Of a stretch of 64,000 nt of DNA, positions 55,058 through 64,000 are shown piece by piece. The position numbers and the translations under genes were made by a program. The notes under the pieces were generated by a model. The model was given only the letters and a program-made list of their open reading frames with translations, had not been told where the DNA came from and searched no databases. The DNA comes from an uncultured Ignavibacteriaceae bacterium. Lineage in GTDB: Bacteria > Bacteroidota > Ignavibacteria > Ignavibacteriales > Ignavibacteriaceae. Numbering within the stretch: the stretch's first letter is position 1; each line of letters begins with the position of its first letter. The stretch lies in the NCBI GenBank assembly GCA_964448105.1, contig CAYUVK010000006.1:8443-72442 (forward strand). The letters are read 5' to 3'.

Positions 55058-56520
55058 TGTATAAAAACTTTTGTTCCAATTGCAGCAAAGTTTTTGCTTT
55101 TTTACTTATTTGCAGTTCATTTGCATATCCACAGGGTATTCCTGATGCATTGAGACTTGGAGAAAGTGGATTAGGTGCTAATGCAAGAGCCCTAGGTATG
55201 GGGAATGCTTATATCGGATTAAGCGATGATGCATCTGCTGCCTATTATAACCCGGCAGGATTAGGCTTATTAAAAAGATTAGAATTCTCAGGTGGAATCG
55301 ATTACTCAACTTATAATAATAATACAACCTTCTTTAATAATACATCAGATTACTCCAACAGTACAACGAGATTGGATAGATTAAGCTTTGCCTTTCCATT
55401 TCCAACTGTTAGGGGAAGTTTAGTGTTTGGGATCTCTTATCATAATACTAAAGATTTTACGGGTGCTTTAAAATTCGATGGATTTAACAATGGGAATAAT
55501 TCTTTAATTCAAGTTTTAAATGAAGCTACCTATTATGATAATAATGGAAATCCGTATAACATCCCTTATGATCTCGGGCTTAACGATTCAAACCTGGTTA
55601 CACCAATAAACGGTCATCTTAATCAAAGCGGTACTGTTTTAAATTCGGGTTCTACCAATAATTGGACTTTCTCGGGTGCTATTGAAGCAGCTCAAAATCT
55701 ATTTCTCGGTTTAAACTTAAACATAATTACCGGCAGCTATAATTCGAATAATGATTATTATGAAGATGATACTCAAAATTATTATCAAGGTGCAATCGCA
55801 ACCGGTGAATCATCACCGCCAATAGATTTTCAGACCTTTAATTTAAATAGAGTATTAAATTGGGATATCTCAGGTTGGAGTGCAAAGGCCGGGTTGATGT
55901 ATCAGTTTAACAATTACGGGAGATTCGGTTTAACAGTCCAGTTCCCAAAATATTATACTGTAAAAGAAACCTTTACCGTAAACGGAACAAGTTACTTTGC
56001 CAATGCTCAATATAATTTGAATCAGCAGGATTACAGTGATAACGTAAAATACGATATTGTTTCCCCCTTTGAATTTGGAGCAGGTTTTTCGATAAATTAC
56101 AAAGGATTTATTTTTAGTGGAGAAGGAACTGCAATTGATTACTCACAATTAAAATTTGATAATCCCGATGGAATTAGCGCACAGGATGTTGGTACTATAA
56201 ATAAGGATATTAAAGATCAGCTTGGTGCAGTAATAAATTACAATGTTGGTGTTGAATATACAATCCCTGAAGTTGGTTTAAGATTAAGGACCGGTTATTT
56301 TGTTCAACCTTCTGCTTACAAAGGTGATCCTTCCAGCTTCAATAAGAAATATTTTACTGCCGGAATCGGTATTTTAGCACAAGAAACTTTAGGACTGGAT
56401 CTTGCATGGGCTCACGGTTGGTGGAGTACAATCGGAGACAATTACGCTTCGAATGAATCAAGAACTTACCAGGATATTAAATACGACAAAATAATGCTGA
56501 CTGCTACTTACAGATTCTAA
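55054..56520 (+). CDS. Outer-membrane beta-barrel protein (FadL / PorV-like family)
   Basis: Signal peptide, LGANARALGMGNAYIGLSDDASAAYYNPAGLG, and a C-terminal ...TATYRF. Its start overlaps the upstream stop (ATGA). Confidence 0.75.
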   Translation: MMYKNFCSNCSKVFAFLLICSSFAYPQGIPDALRLGESGLGANARALGMGNAYIGLSDDASAAYYNPAGLGLLKRLEFSGGIDYSTYNNNTTFFNNTSDYSNSTTRLDRLSFAFPFPTVRGSLVFGISYHNTKDFTGALKFDGFNNGNNSLIQVLNEATYYDNNGNPYNIPYDLGLNDSNLVTPINGHLNQSGTVLNSGSTNNWTFSGAIEAAQNLFLGLNLNIITGSYNSNNDYYEDDTQNYYQGAIATGESSPPIDFQTFNLNRVLNWDISGWSAKAGLMYQFNNYGRFGLTVQFPKYYTVKETFTVNGTSYFANAQYNLNQQDYSDNVKYDIVSPFEFGAGFSINYKGFIFSGEGTAIDYSQLKFDNPDGISAQDVGTINKDIKDQLGAVINYNVGVEYTIPEVGLRLRTGYFVQPSAYKGDPSSFNKKYFTAGIGILAQETLGLDLAWAHGWWSTIGDNYASNESRTYQDIKYDKIMLTATYRF

Positions 56521-56549
56521 AATGAATCTTTTATTGATTTATAATTTTG

Positions 56550-56580
56550 AGCGCTATATTTTTTATGTAGCGCTTTTTTA
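56550..56580 (+). terminator. Rho-independent terminator
   Basis: AGCGCTA-loop-TAGCGCT followed by TTTTTTA, located 30 bp after the barrel gene stop. Confidence 0.65.
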
Positions 56581-56648
56581 TTTTCCTGGGAGGTTGTATT
56601 AAAGGAATTGTCTGCAGAATTGAAAGTAAAGATTACTATATTTTTAAT

Positions 56649-57554
56649 TTGGATAATTTTAATTTGATAAGGTGTTCTTTAAAAGGAAAATTTAAAAAAG
56701 AATTTAATCTAAAAAAGGATAAGTTATATAAAACCGATATTGCAGTGGTTGGCGATTTTGTAAATTATGAATTGAATGATGACGGTACCGGTGTAATTGA
56801 TGAGATTAAAAAAAGAGAAAATTATCTATCAAGGAAAGCCCCTAAAATTAAAGGTGCAAGTTATAGAGGCGAAAGACTGGAACAAATTGTCGCATCCAAT
56901 ATTGATAATCTATTTATTATAAGCAGTGCTCTTGAACCAGCTTTCAACAATAAAGTTATCGATAGATTTTTGGTTGCCGGTGAGAGTTCTCACGTTCCCA
57001 TAACCATAATTATTAATAAAATCGATTTGGACCGGGATAATTTGATTGATTCATGGGTTAATTTATACAAACAAATCGGATATGAAACTATAAGAACCAG
57101 TGCAGTTACCGGAGAAGGGATTGGAACCGTTAAAGACTTATTACTTAATAAAAAAACTTTGTTTTGGGGACAATCAGGTGTTGGGAAATCATCAATATTT
57201 AATAAAATTTTCCCGGGATTGGATTTAAATGTTGGCGAAATAAGTACTTATAGCGATAAAGGTAAACATACAACCGTAACGACAAATATGATAAAAGTTG
57301 AAGAAAATACATTTGTAATTGACACCCCGGGAATTCGTGAGATTGCTCCTTACGGAATAAAAAAAAAAGACCTGGGGCATTACTTTCTAGATTTTACTGA
57401 TTATATTTACGATTGCCGTTTCAATACTTGCACACATCAACATGAACCGGGCTGTGCGGTTATTGGGGCTGTAAAAAATAATTATATTTCCAAATATAGA
57501 TATGAAAGTTATTTAAGAATTTTAGAAACAATTGAAGAAGATATAATTTTTTAA
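56649..57554 (+). CDS. rsgA: Ribosome small-subunit-dependent GTPase A (the true start is probably upstream, see findings)
   Basis: GQSGVGKSS, DTPGIRE and the zinc knuckle CRFNTCTHQHEPGC. Confidence 0.9.
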   Translation: MDNFNLIRCSLKGKFKKEFNLKKDKLYKTDIAVVGDFVNYELNDDGTGVIDEIKKRENYLSRKAPKIKGASYRGERLEQIVASNIDNLFIISSALEPAFNNKVIDRFLVAGESSHVPITIIINKIDLDRDNLIDSWVNLYKQIGYETIRTSAVTGEGIGTVKDLLLNKKTLFWGQSGVGKSSIFNKIFPGLDLNVGEISTYSDKGKHTTVTTNMIKVEENTFVIDTPGIREIAPYGIKKKDLGHYFLDFTDYIYDCRFNTCTHQHEPGCAVIGAVKNNYISKYRYESYLRILETIEEDIIF

Positions 57555-57661
57555 CCTATCTTATAAAATTGATCAGCGTCAAATACATCTTTGCAAATAC
57601 CTAATAAAATTGTAAACTTTTTTAATAAAAATTATATTTCATTTTTAATTTATAATGTGTA

Positions 57662-59077
57662 ATGGAAGATTTCAATAATTCTGCTGTAAATTCATTTACT
57701 GACTTTCTCATTCAAAATAAATCAAGTCTGAAAGAATCCAAACTGAACAACCCGGTAGTTAGTTTTGCTGTAAAAAATAACAGTATCGATTTGAAGGATA
57801 AAATTGATTACCTAATAAAATATTACGAAAAATCGTTTTATTTCGAAAAACCTGAAGATAATTTTCTTATACTGGCAATAGACGAAATAATTTCAATTTC
57901 GGAAAACGGGGATAAACGTTTTGCTGCAACAGATAAAAAGGTAAAGGAATTAAAAAATAATTTTATTAACAACTGGGAGAATATCCAGCTGGAAAACAAA
58001 CCTTTATTTGTTGGAGGTATGAAATTTAACGTTGAACATCAGGACGAAGATTGGAAAGATTTTAGCGATTCGATATGGTTAATCCCGGAATTAATGGTTG
58101 TTAAAAGTAAGGGAGATACTTTTATCTTTTTTAATTTTATATACAGTCCCAATTCATCTATTGAGAATTTGATTGAGAAATTCAAAAGTAAATTGGAAAA
58201 TCTAATTAAACCGCCCGAAGCAAAAAATTCTGATATCGTAAAAATTAATAAACTGACGGGCGCTTCACCGAAAGACAAAAAAAAGTGGAAAAATTTAGTT
58301 AACGAATGCCTTGAAAATATCTTTAATAATAAAGTTAATAAAATTGTGGTTTCAAGAAGAATAGAACTTCTGCTTTCGGGTGAAGTTAATCTTAATCATG
58401 TTATAAATCATTTTAAATCAAAATATCCTGAATGTTATTTATTTATATTTCACAGAGGCAAATCTTCTTTTCTAGGAGCAACACCTGAGCGACTTGTAAA
58501 GTTTTGTGATGGTTCAATAAAAATTGAAGCTCTTGCCGGTTCTGCGCCGAGAGGTACTACAAATGATGAGGATATTAAATTAGAAAAAAATCTTTTGAAA
58601 AGTGAAAAAGACATTCACGAACATGATTTTGTTGTTAATCATATTAAGGATTCTATTACCCCGTTAGTTGAAGGATTAACAATCGAAAAAGAACATTCAA
58701 TAAAAAAATTAAAAAATATTCAACACATTAGTACATCAATTTCTGCAAGAATGAATTCTCAAAATTCACCGTTAAATTTAATTAAAGAACTATTCCCTAC
58801 CCCAGCAGTCTGCGGGATACCGAAAGAAGTATCTTTAAACCTCATTAAAAAAATGGAAAATTATTACCGGGGCTTATATTCAGGAATTATAGGATGGTTC
58901 AATTTTGATGATGAAGGAGAATTTGCCGTTGCCATAAGATCGGCATTAACTTACGGAAATAAATTAATTGCGTTTGCCGGAAGCGGAATTGTTGAAAAGT
59001 CAGATCCCGATCTTGAATATGAAGAAACCGAATTAAAATTTAAACCAATACTATCTTTATTTAATGAAAATCAATAG
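57662..59077 (+). CDS. menF: Isochorismate synthase
   Basis: GATPERLV and FPTPAVCG chorismate-binding motifs, in men gene context. Confidence 0.88.
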   Translation: MEDFNNSAVNSFTDFLIQNKSSLKESKLNNPVVSFAVKNNSIDLKDKIDYLIKYYEKSFYFEKPEDNFLILAIDEIISISENGDKRFAATDKKVKELKNNFINNWENIQLENKPLFVGGMKFNVEHQDEDWKDFSDSIWLIPELMVVKSKGDTFIFFNFIYSPNSSIENLIEKFKSKLENLIKPPEAKNSDIVKINKLTGASPKDKKKWKNLVNECLENIFNNKVNKIVVSRRIELLLSGEVNLNHVINHFKSKYPECYLFIFHRGKSSFLGATPERLVKFCDGSIKIEALAGSAPRGTTNDEDIKLEKNLLKSEKDIHEHDFVVNHIKDSITPLVEGLTIEKEHSIKKLKNIQHISTSISARMNSQNSPLNLIKELFPTPAVCGIPKEVSLNLIKKMENYYRGLYSGIIGWFNFDDEGEFAVAIRSALTYGNKLIAFAGSGIVEKSDPDLEYEETELKFKPILSLFNENQ

Positions 59078-60854
59078 AAATATATTATGGACCGAAACTT
59101 TCGTAAAAGAATTATCTTCTGCGGGAATTAAATATGCATGCATTTCACCCGGTTCCAGGAATACACCGTTAACTTTTGCTTTTGCTACAAATAAAAAAAT
59201 AAAATCATACGTTCACATTGATGAAAGAAGTTGTGCTTTTTTTGGGCTTGGACTCGCAAAATCTTCCGGTTCACCTGTCGTACTTGTTTCAACTTCAGGT
59301 ACAGCTACTGCAGAATTTTATCCCGCTATAATAGAAGCTTACCAGCAACGAATTCCATTAATTGTCTGTACTGCAGACAGACCTCCGGAATTATTGGACT
59401 GCGGTGCAAATCAGACTATCAACCAAAATAATCTTTATAAAAATCATATAAGATGGTTTGTCGATGTAGGTTTACCTGAACCGATTGATCGAAGGATAAA
59501 ACATATAAAAGTTGTTGCAAGAAGAGCAGTTTATGAAAGCCTTGTTAGATCAAAAGGTCCGGTTCATTTGAACTTTCCTTTCAGAAAACCTTTTGAACCG
59601 GATTCTTTCACGGATGATGTTAGTCGGGAACTATTGGATCTTGCAAACGAACTCTCTTTTGATAAGGAAGAATTCTTTAAGGAAGAAGAAAAAAATATTT
59701 CTGCTGAAAAATGGTTTATTGAAATATTTAATTTTCTAAAAGAATCCGAAAAAGGATTAATTATTGCCGGTCCAGAAAATTATGATCCGGCATTTCATAA
59801 AAAATGTCAGCTGCTTTCGGAAAAATTAGGTTACCCTGTTTTAGCAGACGGTGCTTCACAATTGCGGTTCGGAAATTATAAGAAAGAAAATATTCTTTCA
59901 AATTTTGAAGGTTTCTTACGTTCCGAATTTTTTATAAATAATAATAAACCGGATGTAATCATTCAGTTCGGAAGGACTATTACTTCAAAAGCTCTTGATA
60001 TTTATCTTGAAAAATGTTCCGCACCAAGATTTATGATTAATGAATTCGGTGACTGGTTTGATCCATCCAATAGAGCTACCGCTGCTATAGCTTGTAAGCC
60101 TTTTCTCTTTTGTGAAAAGATGCTTGACATAATTACTTCTGAAAATATAGAAAGAAAAATAAATGGCTGGCTGCATACTTTTATTGAAGCAGATAAAACA
60201 TCGGCATTGATAAAAGAGGAAATTATAAATCAATCGGATTTTTTAAATGAAGCGAGAACTATCACAGAAATAGTTAACCTTCTTCCTGAAAATTCCCAGG
60301 TGATGATCTCCAACAGTATGCCCATTCGGGATTTTGATTACTTTGCCGGGAATACAAATAAAAACATTGCAATTTTTAATAACCGCGGTGCAAGTGGCAT
60401 AGACGGAATAACATCTACAGCACTTGGTATTGCCGCAGATAGTAAAAAACCTTCCTTTTTAATTACAGGCGACCTGGCCTTTTATTATGATTTAAATGGA
60501 TTATTGGCAGCCAAGAAATATTCTCTACCGTTAATTATTATTTTAATTAACAACAACGGCGGCGGAATTTTTGAAGTCCTGCCAATCTCTAAATACAAAG
60601 AAGTGTTTAATGAATTTTTTATTTCTCCCCACTTTCTTGATTTTTCGAATTTTATTAAAGCATATAATGGTAATTACACATTAATAAGCGACTGGGAAAA
60701 TTTTCATGAAAGCTTTTCAATGGCTTTAGATAATAAAAATTTCTCCGTACTCGAAGTGAAGACTAATGCCGTTGAATCTTTAGAGTTGCGAAAAAAATAT
60801 TGGAATGAAGTGGAAAAACAATTAATGCTGCAACCTGCTCCTGAGGGTGATTGA
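59064..60854 (+). CDS. menD: SEPHCHC synthase (ThDP-dependent)
   Basis: ISPGSRNTPL N-terminus and ThDP motif GDLAFYYDLNGL...NNNGGGIF. 596 aa. Confidence 0.93.
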   Translation: MKINRNILWTETFVKELSSAGIKYACISPGSRNTPLTFAFATNKKIKSYVHIDERSCAFFGLGLAKSSGSPVVLVSTSGTATAEFYPAIIEAYQQRIPLIVCTADRPPELLDCGANQTINQNNLYKNHIRWFVDVGLPEPIDRRIKHIKVVARRAVYESLVRSKGPVHLNFPFRKPFEPDSFTDDVSRELLDLANELSFDKEEFFKEEEKNISAEKWFIEIFNFLKESEKGLIIAGPENYDPAFHKKCQLLSEKLGYPVLADGASQLRFGNYKKENILSNFEGFLRSEFFINNNKPDVIIQFGRTITSKALDIYLEKCSAPRFMINEFGDWFDPSNRATAAIACKPFLFCEKMLDIITSENIERKINGWLHTFIEADKTSALIKEEIINQSDFLNEARTITEIVNLLPENSQVMISNSMPIRDFDYFAGNTNKNIAIFNNRGASGIDGITSTALGIAADSKKPSFLITGDLAFYYDLNGLLAAKKYSLPLIIILINNNGGGIFEVLPISKYKEVFNEFFISPHFLDFSNFIKAYNGNYTLISDWENFHESFSMALDNKNFSVLEVKTNAVESLELRKKYWNEVEKQLMLQPAPEGD

Positions 60855-60942
60855 AAAGTTTAATATGTCATTTTGATTGATCCGGTTCTTTCGAAAAGAC
60901 ACTAATTTGTTTTCTGATAAACCTTTAATATCAAAAATTTTT

Positions 60943-61776
60943 ATGATCTTAAATCTTTCCGGTATAAATATTTATTTTGATCAATATTTAAATTCCAATT
61001 CTGCCAATCAAGCTAGTTTTAAGAATGTAATTCTTCTGCATGGATTTACAGGTTCATCAAAAGATTGGGAAGAAATAATACCTCGTCTCTCACCTAATTA
61101 TAATTATTACACAATTGATTTAATCGGGCATGGAAACAGTGATTCCCCTTCAGATAATGAATTTTATAATACCGCTTCGTTAATTGAACAATTAAGAGAA
61201 TTTGCAGTAAAAATTACAAAAGATAAATTTGTTTTAATTGGTTATTCAATGGGTGGAAGAGCGGCGTTATCTTATTCAATCAAATATCCCGGATCAATTG
61301 CAGGATTAATTCTTGAAAGTACCACTGCCGGTATTAAAGATGAAGAGGAAAAGATTAAAAGGATAAAAAAAGATGAAGAGCTTGCAGAGTTTATCAAAAA
61401 TCATTCAATAGAAGAATTTATTGATTACTGGATGAACCTCGATATTTTTGATACCCAGAAAAGATTTGCCAACTCAAAATTAACAGTGATTAAAAATTCA
61501 AAAATAAATAACAGCAAAATCGGATTATCTAATTCCTTAAAAGGATTCGGAGCCGGTATAATGCCGAATTATTTTGATGAATTAAAAAACCTGAATTTTA
61601 AAACCCTTCTTATAACGGGCGATCTTGATGAAAAGTTTATTTTAATAAATAATGAAATGGTTAACTTATTCCCTTCTGCGAAACACACTTCACTTAAAAA
61701 CTCAGGCCACAATACACACCTGGAAACGCCGGATGCTTTTATAAAAACAGTAAATAATTTTTTGAATGAAATATAA
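60943..61776 (+). CDS. menH: SHCHC synthase-type alpha/beta hydrolase
   Basis: HGFTGS and the nucleophile elbow GYSMGG, downstream of menD. I prefer the ATG at 60943 over the TTG at 60877. Confidence 0.78.
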   Translation: MILNLSGINIYFDQYLNSNSANQASFKNVILLHGFTGSSKDWEEIIPRLSPNYNYYTIDLIGHGNSDSPSDNEFYNTASLIEQLREFAVKITKDKFVLIGYSMGGRAALSYSIKYPGSIAGLILESTTAGIKDEEEKIKRIKKDEELAEFIKNHSIEEFIDYWMNLDIFDTQKRFANSKLTVIKNSKINNSKIGLSNSLKGFGAGIMPNYFDELKNLNFKTLLITGDLDEKFILINNEMVNLFPSAKHTSLKNSGHNTHLETPDAFIKTVNNFLNEI

Positions 61777-61792
61777 ATTTTAATCCTTAGAT

Positions 61793-62965
61793 TCAATAAT
61801 CGGTACCATTTTTCAAAAAAATATAAGACGCGGATGTACCTATTAAACCTATTAATCCTCCAATAATAAATGCTGCCTGAAGATTAATAATATCTGCAAT
61901 TATACCGAACATTATCGGACCGAGTACCTGCCCAAAGCTCAAAGATGAAGTAAATGCCCCGGTAGCAGCACCCATGCCAAAAATTCTTCCCCTTTCGGTT
62001 CTAATAGCTACTGCAGAAGCTCTTGAAACAGAACTAAATATTCCCATACTTATTGTCAGTAGAGCATACATTAATAAAGTATTAAAATAGGTAAAAATAC
62101 ACATAGAAATCGCACTAACAGTTCCTCCGATTAAAATATAATTTAATTTTTGCTTGGGAAATCTATCTACAGCTAATCCAAACGGATATTGAATAACTGA
62201 TCCTGAAATCATATAAGCAGAAAGAATTAAGCCAATATTAGTTGTGCTCATAGAAATAGATTTGACTGCCAGAACCGGGAAAAATGTATTGAAGCCCCAT
62301 CTGTAAAAACCTCTGCTGCTTATATAGGTCATAATTCCTATCATCGGTTTATCTTTGAAAACCGGTTTAAGAGATTTGAATATAGGTGTATTTTCTTTTT
62401 TATCTTTTTTAATGGCTGCGCTTTCGGGCACAAAAAACAGGATAAGGATTAAAGCTAAAAATGATAAAACAGCCATAACATAAAACGGCATTCTTATATT
62501 GAATTGATCCGTTAAATAACCTCCCAAATATGGACCGATTGCCTGCCCCGCAAAGAATTACATAAAAAATAAATTTATATACGAACCTTCTTTACCCTTG
62601 GGGGTAATATCACCAATATAAGCTTGAGCAACAGGTGTAACCAAAACAGATGAAAAACCTTCAACGAATCTAATGACAGTTAAAGTTAATGGAGAAGATG
62701 CAAAAGCGTAACAAACCGAAAGGATCATAAAAAATATTAGACCGATAACTATTAAATTTTTTCTCCCGTGCTGATCTGAGTACTGCCCTATAATTGGAGC
62801 AAATATACCACGTGATAAAGCAAATCCTGAAAAAATAATTCCCAACTGAATATTTGTTGCTTCCATGCTTTTTGCATACAAAGGAAGAATTGGGGTGATT
62901 ATTCCAAGGCTCAGCATAGAAATAGCAGTGGCAATAAATAAGCTTATAAAAATCTGCTTTTTCAT
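61793..62965 (-). pseudogene. MFS transporter interrupted by one in-frame TAA
   Basis: ORFs 62558-62965 and 61793-62527 are in the same frame (438 nt apart). Reading through gives ...YINLFFM*FFAGQAIGPYLGGYLTDQF, a contiguous MFS sequence. Confidence 0.8.
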
Positions 62966-63287
62966 AATTAATAGAATAGTAAGGTAGATTCAATAATATT
63001 TATAATTGAATATCAATTTAAGTATTTGATTTCTATTGAAAAAAATTTTGAAGTGATATGCATTAACTTATTGTAGGAGGATTAAGTTTGTTAATCTACA
63101 TATGTGTGCTAATTATTTACTTTTAGATTAAAAATGTATCATTTAAATTGGTTAATAGAATTATAGTAAATACTTATTCAAAAGGATTGAATATCTATCA
63201 TTTTTTAAGGGGTGATAATGCGAAAAGTTATCCTTACAAAAAATATTAATCATCCGGAAAATTCAATTCAAATGGGAGAATTCGACA

Positions 63288-64000
63288 ATGTCTAAATTAG
63301 GGTTAGCACTTGGCGGAGGCGGAGCAAGGGGCTTAGCACATATTGGTGTACTAAAAGTTCTGGACAAAGAAAAAATAAAGATTTCAGCTATAACCGGCTG
63401 CAGTATGGGTGCCATTGTTGGAGGACTTTATTCTTATTTCAAAGATGCCGGACAAGTTGAAGATTTTATTTTAAAAGCTATAAAAGAGCCGAAGTTTGAA
63501 AACCTGGAAATAGACTCATTGAACACAAATAAAATAAAACATGATAAAAATTATTTCGATCAACTAATCAATTATATCGGTGAAAAGATTAATGCAATAA
63601 AAATTATGGGACGAGTTTCATATTTTGATGAAGAAATCACCGATAAAATCTATGAAATGCTCCCGGATGTACCAATCGAATCATTAAAAATAAAATTCTC
63701 TGCTATAGCAACCGACCTAATCTCAGGAGAGGAAATCAATTTTACAGAGGGAAGTCTACGAAAGGCTATTAAAGCGAGTTCGGCGATACCTGGAATTTTC
63801 CCACCGGTTGAAATTGATAACAATTTTTTAGTGGACGGCAGTTCATCGGAAAGTGTTCCTGTTGGAAGAGTTAAAGAAATAGGTGCCGATAGAGTATTAG
63901 CCGTTGATGTATCACGATGCCTCAAGGTTGTAAAACCTGCAAAGAATATGATTGATCTACTTTACAGGACTGAAGATATTACTTCTTACCATTTATCATT
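63288..64000 (+). CDS. Patatin-like phospholipase, partial (runs off the window end)
   Basis: Hand translation from the ATG at 63288 gives MSKLGLALGGGGARGLAHIGVL (GGGxRG) and GCSMGA (GxSxG), with LVDGSS later. Confidence 0.9.
   Translation, partial: MSKLGLALGGGGARGLAHIGVLKVLDKEKIKISAITGCSMGAIVGGLYSYFKDAGQVEDFILKAIKEPKFENLEIDSLNTNKIKHDKNYFDQLINYIGEKINAIKIMGRVSYFDEEITDKIYEMLPDVPIESLKIKFSAIATDLISGEEINFTEGSLRKAIKASSAIPGIFPPVEIDNNFLVDGSSSESVPVGRVKEIGADRVLAVDVSRCLKVVKPAKNMIDLLYRTEDITSYHLS

Noticed and set aside
62558-62560. The in-frame TAA in the MFS gene as programmed read-through or an alternative genetic code.
   Set aside because: TAA terminates many well-supported genes in this window (e.g. 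the tolC-like gene at 35608 and the RsgA gene at 57554). A nonsense mutation or a sequencing error is the simpler explanation.
1-64000. CRISPR arrays, tRNA/rRNA genes, integrase or att sites delimiting an island.
   Set aside because: Scanning by eye, I found no regularly spaced repeats, no GC-rich tRNA-like islands (e.g. GGTTCGAATCC-type T-arms) and no tyrosine or serine recombinase ORF. The only bracketing repeats are the 0.7 kb cytochrome c copies.

Overview
This is an AT-rich bacterial chromosome segment. Its gene content fits the Ignavibacteria / Bacteroidota-Chlorobiota (FCB) group: a T9SS C-terminal sorting domain, ACIII/Qrc-type respiratory genes and menaquinone (men) genes. Bases 1-46000 look accessory. 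A ~17 kb block is bracketed by two ~0.7 kb direct repeats, each carrying a membrane-anchored cytochrome c gene. This block holds a sensor kinase, a sigma-54 activator, a Cyc2-like cytochrome-porin, several c-type cytochromes, a Qrc/ACIII-like MopB-FeS-NrfD module, a cupredoxin and a CopB-type ATPase. Next comes a degraded mobile/defence patch: a RAYT transposase with REP-like hairpins, restriction-modification (R-M), SWIM and IS gene remnants, a 994-aa primase(AEP)-helicase-PLD fusion protein, and a HepT/MntA toxin-antitoxin pair. After that are a cus-type copper/silver RND efflux operon with unusual accessory genes and an extended ars operon. Bases 46000-64000 are mostly housekeeping (S8 protease, lepB-lepA, rsgA, menF-menD-menH, an MFS gene with an in-frame stop, patatin). 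The exception there is an odd operon of two Tyr-rich / Arg-Ser-Asn-rich lipoproteins plus an outer-membrane barrel. I saw no rRNA, tRNA or CRISPR array. The best candidate for an undescribed system is the sigma-54-controlled cytochrome-porin / Qrc-like / cupredoxin cluster (9.2-18.7 kb). The AEP-helicase-PLD conflict gene is second. All calls rest on hand-read motifs and recalled family knowledge; no searches were run.
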